Shown here piece by piece: positions 39,501-48,251 of a stretch of DNA of 56,786 bases. This DNA comes from a virus (Duplodnaviria; Caudoviricetes). A program made the translations under genes and the position numbers. Positions within the stretch are counted from its first letter, which is position 1. Every line of letters starts with the position of its first letter. The stretch is from IMG/VR virus record IMGVR_UViG_3300025096_003284, positions 1-56,786 of that record. One strand, 5' to 3'. The notes beneath the pieces were generated by a model. The model was not told the DNA's origin. It ran no database searches and saw nothing but the letters and a program-made list of their open reading frames with translations.

Positions 39501-42500
39501 TATTATTAACAAAAGCATAAATTCGGCCGAGCGCGCTTTGCTTTATAATGATGGAAAGAGAACAAATATTGCTCTAGACGGCCTCGGCGCCAATCTGGTG
39601 GCATACTATCGCCTAGGTAACAAGAGCGTACAGGGGAATGCTGATTCAACCACGGGGGATATCTATAATTCAGTAATCACCAACGACATTCCCAACGCAA
39701 TGCCGAGATACTTTACGAACACCGCTACCAACGGAATCAAGGGACAATCTCCCAGCGCGCTATCGCCGGCGAGCGATTGGCCCGTACTCTTCCGTATACT
39801 CAATAAGCCAACCGCCAACCCTGGCGGCAATCTCAACTTCCTGGTGCCGATGCGAACAGGCTCAGCATCTCAAAAGACTGTTATAGTTAACCGGTTCGCC
39901 GGCAGTGGCTATGAGGTGATGTCTTTAGGATATATGGATCCCGCTCACGAAGAGTTGTCAGTGTACAATGCGCTGCCTTATCACAACCTTGCAATAATTG
40001 ATTACGGTCTCTCAGGCTCGGCATCCGTAGATCCTCTCGCGCCACGGACAATTACAGTTGTCGATCAGCTTGATAAAAACCGAGGCCTCAACCAGCGCGC
40101 CACACTGCATGCAGGAATGTATGGTGTCGACTCCGCGTATGGAGCCATCAATGTTGGCAACACGCGCGTAGACGGCGGCCTGGGCTATCCTGTGACACCT
40201 TCTTGGCACAAGACAAACAGGAACAGGGTCCGTCGCATGGATAACCTCGCAACTGATGACACTCCTGCTGATTATCCGGTAGCAAACAACTTTACTGCGT
40301 CTGTTTATGACAATCTCTACGTCCAGCACGCAATCCCTCGCTCAGAGGCACAATACGCGTGGATTACAGGCTCGATGATCGCTGGTACAACGATCTTTGG
40401 TTTGGATCGGCCTTCTTGTTTCAGTGCGAGCACGTTGAGTCAGCTTGTGACAGCGAGTGATGGACAGGTTGCATTTCAGGCTGCGGGCGCCTGGTCTTTC
40501 GGCGGCCAAGAATCAGGCTTTACTGATGGCCGCGGCATCGTCCCGGTAGATTTTGCTGGATTAAATACTATTATCCTTGAGCCAGTATCGGCGTCATCTC
40601 ACATCCTGGGATATCCTAGAATGCAAAGTACGCCGTTGCTTGATGTACAAGGCAGCAATAATTATCTTAACCAGAGCGACGGATATAATCCTCTTGGCAC
40701 CCAAGGATTCCTCCAGACCGGCCCAATGGTGTCACTTCCGACCCTCGGCTACGCGGGAAGTGCTGGTGTGTTTAATGCCCTCCTTCTTAATCGCAACGGA
40801 CCTTACGGGTGGCCAACATGGAAACAGATTCGCGCCGGCGAAAGCAAGGTTGCCCGCAATCTGCGAAAGAACAGCCTCATCGGCACAGTTGTTCCTCCTC
40901 CCAAGATTGCCAACACAATCGGCGGAAAGCAGGTTAGTTTCATTCAGCCCACTCAGCCAAACAGCTTTGTGGACTTTTATGAAGCACCAATCGAGTCAAG
41001 CAATAACCCCATCTATTTCTACTTTGAGGACAACACTGAAAACTCAGATTCAGACAACAACGTCATTTTGACGGTTCCATATGGCAACCGGCTTGAATAC
41101 TTCTCGAACACGGGCCTCAACAACTATCTTGGGTTGCAGATTGATATGAACAAAGAAACTGCGTATGATGCGGTGGTTGACATTGCAATTTCCAGCTCTC
41201 TCAGCCTAAAGGTTGAATATAGCCAGCGCGTCTATCCTTCGATGGTGAATGCTTATAATGATATAGTCCGCGCGAGGACAACATTTACTATTGCGAATAT
41301 TTGGAGCTCTTTTCGCGACGTTCGAAGTGGCGGCGGCAGAGGAAGATCGATCGGATCGGGCCCAATAAGCGCTTTTCGATTTTCGGGATCGCAGGGGCAG
41401 TTAGTTGCAAGTTCGAGCATTTGGCCCCTTGATGGCCCCAGGCCGAATGTAGGCGGAGGCCCAACCCTCTTAACGTCTTCCATTACTGCTAGCGACGGCG
41501 CCGGCGAACTGATGAACTTCTACAGTAGATGGGCCCATCGCAACACGGGCTCCTACCGCGGAAATCAGAATGAGAATCCATTTATAAATCTCTTAACACA
41601 AAGTTGGGCCGCCCCAACTTATGCATCCCGAGTCCCGGCAGGCTGCGCCGGCAACGACACGCTCGTCAATAGTATGGTCCTCGCTGGGGCTCCTCCGTGG
41701 ATCGCACCTTCTCAGGCTAACAAAGATCCGTATGAAAACTACACGGATTACGCTGACCAGATACGCGCCGCAGCAAAAGATTATTCTATTGTTCCCGAAT
41801 ATAGAGTGAGCCCGCTAATGGACTTGTATGTGAATCGATCCGCCGGCGACTTTTTGTCTACGGCAGCTGACTTCAATCTTACGGGTGCAGCTTATGTCGA
41901 CAGTTCTGTCGATAAATTCTACAGAACATATTCAAACTCAGATTTCCTGAAGTACTTCAAGTATGTAGATGAAGATTTAAACAATCAAAGATCCGGAGAT
42001 CTGAAGATTAAAAGAGATAAGATTTCTCTCAGCTGTGAAGCATTTATAAAGTTTCTCCCCTATAAGGGTTTTTACCCTGCTGAAAGAACTCTGGAGTTGG
42101 CTACTATTTTGTCGAAGTCCTTCGGGCCCCAGCTGGTCTATACACCAAGCCTAAACGGCCAAGGTTACACAGATTTCAGATTTTTCTTTAATCCGCGGTC
42201 TGCCTATAGGATTTTCTTAGAGCCCTTAATGGCCCCGGGGATTTTGTTTAATACGATTAAATCTGGCCTTGCCTGCAGTAATTTTGTATTAACGGAAGGC
42301 AGCGAGCGCTGGAACTGGCTCAAAACCGAGTCAAACTTGCTCCCCACCGCTTCGCAAACGTCTCCGGAGACGAGTTATCCTGAAACTGACCCAAGTGTCG
42401 GCTTGTATTACGGCCTTAATCCCAATGTAGTTACAATGCCGAACCCGGGGGCCAGGGCATCAGGCAGTTCTGCTCGAATTCTGTCTTTGGGATCTTCGTC

Positions 42501-44568
42501 ATCCGGGAGCTATGATTCTGGCCAGAATGATTCGCATAACTTTATGTTGAGAAAGATGCCCTTTGAGGCCATTTATCGTCCCACACAATATTTCAACGCT
42601 AACTTCATCGGGGGCGACAGCCGAGATGCACCTGTCTCCATATATGACACAGCTGCCTCAGGCACTTCAGCATGGATCCCAACGTGGCTTAGTTATGGTG
42701 GATACAACATTGGTATCCCGTGGCAGTCTTCTGTCCTAATGGGGATTCCAACCGTCTATCGAACCTCAGGCCTTGTTGACGTCTCACCAGAACTGGGTGG
42801 TGGTGAGGATTACACCCTGGCAATTGACAATTTTCTGTGTGAGAGTATGAATATGTTTGTCGACGGTGGGGCAAGCTTGGTGTCAGCGCGGCAAGAGAAC
42901 TTTCAAGATCAAGTTGAGGGGCGCATATATACGGGCGTGGTGAAATTGTTCAGGACGCTGACCGGCTCACAAGGAACCAGTGAACCGTTTGAAATGTATA
43001 GTCGTGCAAGCGCTTTTGGGGCCCCGTTGGACGCAAACACACGTAAAACGGCCGAACCCGGCACCGGCGACCACGAGACCGGAACGAAAGGAATATCGTT
43101 CTCTCATGTGACACCCCCTTATTTTGCTGGAGAGAGCTACGTCACATTAACTTATACGGCATCTTATAGTGGACGCCCCGATTTGGATGATATTTTTGCA
43201 CAAATGACGTCTTCCTATTATCGAGATGAATATGTGGAGAATCTCAACGCCGCTAGCGCAGTTGAAAGGGGCACCAACGAAGACATAAGAATGCAGATTA
43301 AAGATAGTGTGAACCTCTTTACCAAGATTCAAGAGGTGCCAGAGGGAACCAACGATCAAAAGTCGCGATGGCTCATTCAACCTAAGTTTGAAACGCCCAT
43401 TTTGAACTTTGCGGGAGTATCGACCGGGTCAGCAATGGTTCCCTCTCACACCAGAACACCAGCCCCTGGATACCCACAGACGGCGAGCGCTAATCAAATT
43501 ACCACCCGCGGCATGTGGCATCAATATGGATCTGTAATTTCATCTTCCAACGCCGGCGTCTTTCTCTCATGCCAAGACAAGCTTTATGACCAACCAACGA
43601 CCGACGGCATAAACTTCAGTCTTAGGCGCCACTCTCTATGGGATCTAGTAGGCATGCCCTCTGGTAAAAACCAGCGCATTGGCAACCCTAAGAATGAGTT
43701 CCTCTTAGAAGAAGCAGTTGTGGCTGTGCCATTTAAGACAGTATCCGGAGCACGACAGTTTATTGGTTTCCCAACTCGATCCCCCACATATAATTATAAA
43801 ACCACACGTACGTGGCACGCGCTGAATGGGGCGATGAACAAATATGTGTTCCCGCCAATTTTTGACTTTATCCGGTTTGAAACAGTAGACCCGGTGCTAA
43901 TGTATGTGTTTGAATTCTCCGCGAAACTCAATCAGAAAGACATCACGGACATCTGGCAGAACTTGCCACCCGATGTGGCTGAACGCTTTGAAGTACAAAA
44001 CGCAGTGGTTGAAGAGAAAGAACTCATTGACTCAATCGTATCCAAGAACCATGACATTGAGTGGATGGTATTCAAGGTTAAGAAGCGCGCAAAGAAGGAC
44101 TTCGAAAAGTTCCGTCGTTCGCTGGTTTCCGAGGCTGATCTGTCAGCATTTCCAGATACCATTAGATCTCCGATGACTTATAACTGGCCCTATGATTACT
44201 GCTCTTTAGTTGAGTTGGCAAAGATTGAAGAGACAGCGACATACGTTTCGACAGATCTCAAGAAAAATGCGCAACTTACTCCGCTGGAGGAGTTGAATAT
44301 AGAGCGAATAACATTCGTTGATGAGGTGGCCATTCCTACGACAATAAGACGACCAACTCGACAGCCACGCCGCCGCAGAAAGCGACGACCGGCACCAAGG
44401 AACCGCCGCACCCGCGGCCGCATAACCCCGACTAGAACTCGACGTCGTAGGCCCCCCACACGTCGACGCAGAGCCACACTGCCCTCCGCGACCTTACCTC
44501 GCCGACGGCGCAGCTCTCGTCGTCGACCCACCCGTTCTCGACGTAGGACCAGAGGAGGCTCCCGATAA
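33598..44568 (+). CDS. Giant (3656 aa) baseplate/tail protein with a wedge-like domain, several LamG/concanavalin-A-like domains and an Arg-rich C-terminal tail
   Basis: YKSKGT..A.RNLIRCFG wedge-like motif; LamG signatures (EFWLK..WHHYAV..YVDG..DEFRYW; ISAWIK..WYHVAVTY..DVAIWDKALS; ISFWF..WYH..DVAI). Confidence 0.8.
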   Translation: MSIKKYFEVAENIQSLANKTSNDISGEVESSGYHAQDIIKEERYIPYADFKKPENFARWGSAEEYYESAIKRIYGTYPYDGSLKERLEWENESTYLDLYLLEERYPRTNGYIILSADSTAVSQVNDGYGRPSTPEYIFFRGGPNPTTGQSDTLAGQFTGSNYYEPSMNRASNLQYDLASRGTSLEFWLKKDNFSDPSVTSREVIFDMWNGQNSSSADYGRLRLELSASGDSVLGANPLLLTALSGTTGFYRQPIAASTFTTSSLADGNWHHYAVTMKSASAGVTTKFYVDGQLNNTTTLGTAGINDISTPGLRAHIGALVDQVSGSWTTPSPTLAGDGKLDASLDEFRYWKTQRTSKDIGRYWFTQVGGGVNTDPKPYITTQELANTNLGVYFKFNEGITGITSTDSTVLDYSGRYSNGTWTGYNANSRNTGSAIVSSSAATHEFLDPIIYVSHPKVQALKTELQLSGSTYDVDNNAAIYNSIPSWISEEDSEGTKNVKYLTQILGSYFDTLHLQIDNLNTLGEKRYVSGSFEKPIPFAEKLVSSTGIVAPNLFLDADVLEKLADRSEDRVYAMSLHDIKNTIYQNIYNNISYIYKSKGTEKAFRNLIRCFGIDDELVKSNMYASNVEYELRNNRRNTVVADKFIDFNTEDNQVATVFNYPNSANANSVGYITSSTNLTGGFSTTLEAEIMFPLKPSQEQAQGFFNTNVISSSLFGMHGAMPHDANDTTWLTNLEAVNFQVYAVRDELLSDNATFVLTSSGDGHIPVISSSLYQDVYNNQRWNLSVRIRPEQYPVKGLVDGASSNYVVELHGVQAQAGEIMEQFTVSGSISSAGLPAAFMTGSRRAYIGAHRTNMTGNVLQTSDVKVNACRYWLDYVDDEALAGHILDTENHGAMQPHLYAFPFQTSASFGDVKKIDTLIFNWEFLTNTGSSASGYLTVADISSGSAPKTGLDTGFSIDNLLNQQHTAQGRFFKTSSTSAIDKDFVVAARLNLPENVQSEDMVKVLNAQEQDVFTSDSRPTSYFFAFEKSMYQVISEEMVNYFANLKDFNNLIGDQVERYRPDYKQLSFMRQKFFEQVGNDSLDFDKFYEFYKWFDSSLSLMLGQLVPASADFSDNVRTIIENHVLERPKYQQKFPFLQRKGGGDITSSADGNMAADSSMMSSPEEFAQGTAFFTNTAMTKRQIGSSNTSQNRPWKHFHAPLARSAPSAKSMLFDGDNPSEIDIGADSVWNPLVGLAGADAKAFTISAWIKADGTTGQGIGYGVILDFAAWDRTFMIDYSSLPYSTYNLKYYMRGSTPGEATTAAGGLNKDVWYHVAVTYTGGTAGTITLYVDGAAATDSVTTPSVPDAIGSGHGCNIGVDYGGSVEAFGGNMCDVAIWDKALSAAEVVEIAGAGRRVNLREVSAVSNLLTWWMMGSDPLDTYNGTIYDQIGGRNGAAAGFNSAADIEFDSPVMKSPYYGAGPANKNMYWHRYLEERSGSAMPSGDAARQSLLGSIRNTFDRRVNSPVKLAVEGYTAIGGVGRHHNFVANYVFEAAAAWGRTVGTNAPVNILLAHSGGIEKLLGTTDEYYPTFKQRLGFKLNPGANSGKDNAFDGNMYAPFSLYSSSVTTGYNAEVVTNWTGNVEITNLHHDFVAGTDIPMQGPFTEKYVGGRQYRHTALNKGPTLDTVETRAEGFRIQFNDVTASGGGTFKNSLAIIPPNSLGGAADWWSPPTAYRMRTATAKRPVNIRNIKMTTGSTIIGNYEKNYQVINTGGRTLNDPYFKDQSFNFALYPETLATRGRFPLYEPEPVEAKSILFDASLGTVVYDTDDSAWESALSNVSTDGLTISFWFNYTGSPLTTPRLVNLGTIQSGIFKFDGFSMRLYFADPNWVLYANLRDPTAAASYAQGTTGLAADTWYHAIIEFPAGALDGTDSEVPAIYLNNSLEVLAGSDGAADWSTLEALDTGISLGDHGVLSDPYNGYLCDVAIINKSINSAERALLYNDGKRTNIALDGLGANLVAYYRLGNKSVQGNADSTTGDIYNSVITNDIPNAMPRYFTNTATNGIKGQSPSALSPASDWPVLFRILNKPTANPGGNLNFLVPMRTGSASQKTVIVNRFAGSGYEVMSLGYMDPAHEELSVYNALPYHNLAIIDYGLSGSASVDPLAPRTITVVDQLDKNRGLNQRATLHAGMYGVDSAYGAINVGNTRVDGGLGYPVTPSWHKTNRNRVRRMDNLATDDTPADYPVANNFTASVYDNLYVQHAIPRSEAQYAWITGSMIAGTTIFGLDRPSCFSASTLSQLVTASDGQVAFQAAGAWSFGGQESGFTDGRGIVPVDFAGLNTIILEPVSASSHILGYPRMQSTPLLDVQGSNNYLNQSDGYNPLGTQGFLQTGPMVSLPTLGYAGSAGVFNALLLNRNGPYGWPTWKQIRAGESKVARNLRKNSLIGTVVPPPKIANTIGGKQVSFIQPTQPNSFVDFYEAPIESSNNPIYFYFEDNTENSDSDNNVILTVPYGNRLEYFSNTGLNNYLGLQIDMNKETAYDAVVDIAISSSLSLKVEYSQRVYPSMVNAYNDIVRARTTFTIANIWSSFRDVRSGGGRGRSIGSGPISAFRFSGSQGQLVASSSIWPLDGPRPNVGGGPTLLTSSITASDGAGELMNFYSRWAHRNTGSYRGNQNENPFINLLTQSWAAPTYASRVPAGCAGNDTLVNSMVLAGAPPWIAPSQANKDPYENYTDYADQIRAAAKDYSIVPEYRVSPLMDLYVNRSAGDFLSTAADFNLTGAAYVDSSVDKFYRTYSNSDFLKYFKYVDEDLNNQRSGDLKIKRDKISLSCEAFIKFLPYKGFYPAERTLELATILSKSFGPQLVYTPSLNGQGYTDFRFFFNPRSAYRIFLEPLMAPGILFNTIKSGLACSNFVLTEGSERWNWLKTESNLLPTASQTSPETSYPETDPSVGLYYGLNPNVVTMPNPGARASGSSARILSLGSSSSGSYDSGQNDSHNFMLRKMPFEAIYRPTQYFNANFIGGDSRDAPVSIYDTAASGTSAWIPTWLSYGGYNIGIPWQSSVLMGIPTVYRTSGLVDVSPELGGGEDYTLAIDNFLCESMNMFVDGGASLVSARQENFQDQVEGRIYTGVVKLFRTLTGSQGTSEPFEMYSRASAFGAPLDANTRKTAEPGTGDHETGTKGISFSHVTPPYFAGESYVTLTYTASYSGRPDLDDIFAQMTSSYYRDEYVENLNAASAVERGTNEDIRMQIKDSVNLFTKIQEVPEGTNDQKSRWLIQPKFETPILNFAGVSTGSAMVPSHTRTPAPGYPQTASANQITTRGMWHQYGSVISSSNAGVFLSCQDKLYDQPTTDGINFSLRRHSLWDLVGMPSGKNQRIGNPKNEFLLEEAVVAVPFKTVSGARQFIGFPTRSPTYNYKTTRTWHALNGAMNKYVFPPIFDFIRFETVDPVLMYVFEFSAKLNQKDITDIWQNLPPDVAERFEVQNAVVEEKELIDSIVSKNHDIEWMVFKVKKRAKKDFEKFRRSLVSEADLSAFPDTIRSPMTYNWPYDYCSLVELAKIEETATYVSTDLKKNAQLTPLEELNIERITFVDEVAIPTTIRRPTRQPRRRRKRRPAPRNRRTRGRITPTRTRRRRPPTRRRRATLPSATLPRRRRSSRRRPTRSRRRTRGGSR
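44347..44565 (+). other. Protamine-like low-complexity tail (36 Arg in 73 aa)
   Basis: Direct count from the translation. No acidic residues. Confidence 0.85.
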
Positions 44569-45482
44569 TGGAATTCTTTAATAAAAAAGAAGACGTCCTT
44601 GACGTTCAGTTGACCGAATATGGTAAAAGCTTGCTGGCAAAAGGAAAGCTGAAGCCGGTCTATTATGCTTTCTTCGACGATGACATAATGTATGATGTTG
44701 CTGGTTCGGGAATGGTTGAATCGCAGAACTCCTCCGAGCCCCGTATTCAAGATAATACTCCGTCTTTGAAACTCATTCGTACGCGGACAAGCGCCGAAAC
44801 CCGGGTCAATGAGTTTCTTAATAACCTAGAGACCGCGGTCGGTAGCTCTAACTCAGACCCGGCCAGCAACACAGCAGTTTTTAAGCAACAACAATCTTTC
44901 AAAGAGAAGGGGAAGATTGCAGCTTACCCGCTCGGTCGCTCCTCACTTAATTCTAAATATAATCCCGCATGGAAGGTAGAAGTCCTCTCGGAACCTGATA
45001 TTACAAGTGCGGAGAGATATTTTAATGATAATGATTATATCGATAATACACCGCAAATCAATATTACGGTTGATTATGAAACCTTTTTCAAGCAGGGCCC
45101 AATGTCACTCGATTCTATAAGCGATTATTTAGGCCCGACTGAAGCGATCTTTCTTGCGATGAACGAAAATTATTTGATGCTAGAGATTATAGAGCAGAAC
45201 ACAGACTTTGAGAAAGAGAACTTTGAGATTGAAGTCTATCTTTCACAATCCGTAACCGGATACACACAGAAAGCATATCTTCAAAACAACCCGCTACAGT
45301 TCGTTCCGCCTACAACAGATAATATTGAATACTATATGAATATTTTAGTTGACAATGAAATACCACGAGAAGTTCTAACAGAACTAAATATATCAGATAG
45401 AGCAGTGGCCACAAACGCTTCGCGACTCAAGCTGAATCGTGATTTGTATAGTGATGCCGAAAACGAGGAGCCATGTGATTAA
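44568..45482 (+). CDS. Putative tail/baseplate protein with a tail-collar-like N-terminus
   Basis: D.QLT.YG..LLA.G....YAF.DD.I.YD, shared with 51018..51962. Confidence 0.65.
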   Translation: MEFFNKKEDVLDVQLTEYGKSLLAKGKLKPVYYAFFDDDIMYDVAGSGMVESQNSSEPRIQDNTPSLKLIRTRTSAETRVNEFLNNLETAVGSSNSDPASNTAVFKQQQSFKEKGKIAAYPLGRSSLNSKYNPAWKVEVLSEPDITSAERYFNDNDYIDNTPQINITVDYETFFKQGPMSLDSISDYLGPTEAIFLAMNENYLMLEIIEQNTDFEKENFEIEVYLSQSVTGYTQKAYLQNNPLQFVPPTTDNIEYYMNILVDNEIPREVLTELNISDRAVATNASRLKLNRDLYSDAENEEPCD

Positions 45483-48247
45483 TGTCAATTGCAGCCGGAC
45501 CATACAAAAAATTAATACCGTTTATTAATACTGAAGAAGTTTTATTATACCCCTCTCGCGACGACGAGAGTCTGAGCGTGACCATTCGTTTATCAAATGA
45601 GGTTGGTCGACTATCAAAGAAAGTAATCCAATTTGGAAATTTTGCTTATCTGACACATGATCGATCCGAGGCAATGGAATTGTGCACCGATGCAGAGATG
45701 CTCATCCAGGCCATAGCTTCCCTTAAAGATACAAACGTTAGTATGCTTGGTCTTACGGCCAAAGATTTTAGAAAAAAAGCTCTCTCTACAGGGCCCGAAG
45801 GCTCCCGACAGCGCGTATACAGCTATCAGAACACTATGCAACTAAACGTAGACAACAAGAAAGAACTCTATTTGGTTATAGCATCTTTCCGTGATTATAA
45901 AAACAGGATAAGTATTGGGAACGTAACTCGCGAGACACTGCTGACCAAGGGAACCACGCCAGCCACCTCGACCATCTATCGCTTAGAAGAGTCGGTTGTG
46001 GGATATGGAAAAGAGGGTACCATCTGGCCCGGAGCCGTCCATCGTAGGGGTAAAGATATAATGGCCGGCAATGTTCATGTCCGCGCTAAACACCCCACTC
46101 TTCGGCCGCAAAAAGTCCCGAACATCAAAATAAAAGATATGAGGATCCTCAACCTCGCCTGGACGCGACTGCCTCAGTATAAGACTGTCGCGACAGCGGT
46201 TCCATTTATTTCTCCACTAGAGGTATCGCGAAATGCTGTGGGAATTATTAATGGTATGTTTTCTTTTGATTTGTTGAGATACATTGGGGTTAACTCTGCG
46301 CTGAGTGGTATTATGACCAATAATGCAAGCCTCATTAATTCTATAGAATTGAAGGATATTACAATTTGGAAGAAAAAGTCCGGACGAAACTTTAAAGGTA
46401 ATTCGCTCACCCCGGTTGCAAAAGTGTCTTGTGGAATAAGCGATATCTCCGGGTTTAAAAAGGTAGCATCGCTGAGCGACGGCTGTGAGGTTCTTGACAC
46501 TGATAACAATGGGAACGAAATTATAGATGTAGCATACGTTGATGACACGAGTAAGGGGGCTTCTGCCGGCTTTATGGAATATAGAATGGAAATATTAATG
46601 GCCGACCGCTCGGCCGATACGATTGCTGCTATGTCATCTCAGCTGAGATTTTATACATCTAAGATCCAGGATGGTTTTTCCATTCCACAACCCGGGCCCA
46701 AGTACTATAACTTACCCGAAATGATGATTAACCTATATCTGGATGCATTAGAATATTTATTTGGAGCGCAAACGTTTGAGCCCTATACTCGGTCCTATTG
46801 GTACAACAGCCTCATGGCCTTATCTTACAATCTTCAAAATGATATAAAACAGAAAGAGGTGGTACTTCGCCTAGTAAAAGGATTTGTGAAGAGCTTGAAT
46901 ACTTTAGTACAAAAGACTGGCGTGTCAAGTCCAGGCCCAGTCAATCATAGATCTGCGATAGGAATGTCAAAAAAGGAAACACTTTTAGCTTTCCGCCACA
47001 CTTTTGATAATAAACTAGAGATTCAAGGAGATGCAAATTTTGGGCTTGGTTATGTTGACGATGTTATAGAGGATCTTGACACAGTAGCACCCCGTATATC
47101 CTTTGATAAATATGACTCAAGGGCCACAGAGGAGACAACTAAATATAACATTGCGGATCCGCAAGCACGAAATGTTAATAAATATGGTTTTTTGTCTCCT
47201 GCTTTTATGGGCCTAGGCCCCAAGAAGACAATTGAAACGGGAGCTTTACAGATGAGTATGGATGGTTTCTTGCCGCTCGCACGCAGCAGGATGTCGCAGA
47301 CCCCGGTCCAGGACAACAAGCCTAAAAACGATGATGCCCTTAACAAACTAGAAATTCTTCAATCTCAAGGAGTATCTATAGTCCCTCTCAAAGTATCTCT
47401 GAAAAAAGAAGTCATCGCACCACAAATTGTTAACGCGCCGGCGGTTCCCGCCGGCAATCTACTCGGCAGATCTTCTAAATTTTATATTGATAATCTTAAA
47501 GCGAATTCGGTTTCGGGGAGTCAGCGATCGATTATTCGTCGGACTGCTCGAAAGGGCTTAACAAAGTCGCCATTGATTGCTAAAATGGTTAATAAGTCGA
47601 TAACGAACTTTAAGCCACAGAAAGAAGTAAAAAATGCTGGACTTTTGTCCGGCTCAATCGCCTTGACTAAAACACAGGAAGACCCGAAAATAGTTGATGA
47701 GTCAGATTCGATGACAGCCGTGACAAATTATGGCTCCCTAGTACAAGTCCAATACTTGGCTCCCTATAAAGAGAGCGAAGGAGTTAAAAAACAGAACTGG
47801 AAATTACTAGATAAGAATACCTTTGACAACGCTAAGCGTGATAACAAGGCTCTGACATGCCGCACTGTAAAAGTCAGCAACACAGTAGATGGAGGCTCGT
47901 CAGTCGAGATGAATCCTTTATCCTCGTTGTTTACCTTGGGCGAGACTAATATTAAAAACGTGCGCGCCATACCAAACCCTCAAATACCTCGGCGCCCCAT
48001 CCCGAGAGAAACCATGGCATTTCTTATTAAAGAACTGGGGGAAGAGATGTTATATTCTAAGAACGTTTCGTTGCCGGCCCCGCCGCGTCGCCGCAAGCGG
48101 CCAAAGAATAGGAAAGGCGCCGATCCCGATATGGTAGAGGATATTGAAATGAAAAACAAATATGATGAGTCCTCCACTAAGATGAGCAAAAAAGAAAAAT
48201 CTCGTTCCCATCGCCGCAACCGTTCGAAAGGAAACTTAGGATACTAG
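45482..48247 (+). CDS. Large hypothetical (putative virion) protein with basic C-terminal tail
   Basis: 921-aa ORF coupled by TAATG. Ends in PRRRKRPKNRK...KSRSHRRNRSK. Confidence 0.6.
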   Translation: MSIAAGPYKKLIPFINTEEVLLYPSRDDESLSVTIRLSNEVGRLSKKVIQFGNFAYLTHDRSEAMELCTDAEMLIQAIASLKDTNVSMLGLTAKDFRKKALSTGPEGSRQRVYSYQNTMQLNVDNKKELYLVIASFRDYKNRISIGNVTRETLLTKGTTPATSTIYRLEESVVGYGKEGTIWPGAVHRRGKDIMAGNVHVRAKHPTLRPQKVPNIKIKDMRILNLAWTRLPQYKTVATAVPFISPLEVSRNAVGIINGMFSFDLLRYIGVNSALSGIMTNNASLINSIELKDITIWKKKSGRNFKGNSLTPVAKVSCGISDISGFKKVASLSDGCEVLDTDNNGNEIIDVAYVDDTSKGASAGFMEYRMEILMADRSADTIAAMSSQLRFYTSKIQDGFSIPQPGPKYYNLPEMMINLYLDALEYLFGAQTFEPYTRSYWYNSLMALSYNLQNDIKQKEVVLRLVKGFVKSLNTLVQKTGVSSPGPVNHRSAIGMSKKETLLAFRHTFDNKLEIQGDANFGLGYVDDVIEDLDTVAPRISFDKYDSRATEETTKYNIADPQARNVNKYGFLSPAFMGLGPKKTIETGALQMSMDGFLPLARSRMSQTPVQDNKPKNDDALNKLEILQSQGVSIVPLKVSLKKEVIAPQIVNAPAVPAGNLLGRSSKFYIDNLKANSVSGSQRSIIRRTARKGLTKSPLIAKMVNKSITNFKPQKEVKNAGLLSGSIALTKTQEDPKIVDESDSMTAVTNYGSLVQVQYLAPYKESEGVKKQNWKLLDKNTFDNAKRDNKALTCRTVKVSNTVDGGSSVEMNPLSSLFTLGETNIKNVRAIPNPQIPRRPIPRETMAFLIKELGEEMLYSKNVSLPAPPRRRKRPKNRKGADPDMVEDIEMKNKYDESSTKMSKKEKSRSHRRNRSKGNLGY

Positions 48248-48251
48248 TATA

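Noticed and set aside
44196-44750. 184-aa Arg-rich minus-strand ORF
   Set aside because: An antisense shadow of the CGN-rich protamine-like tail, overlapping two coupled plus-strand genes.
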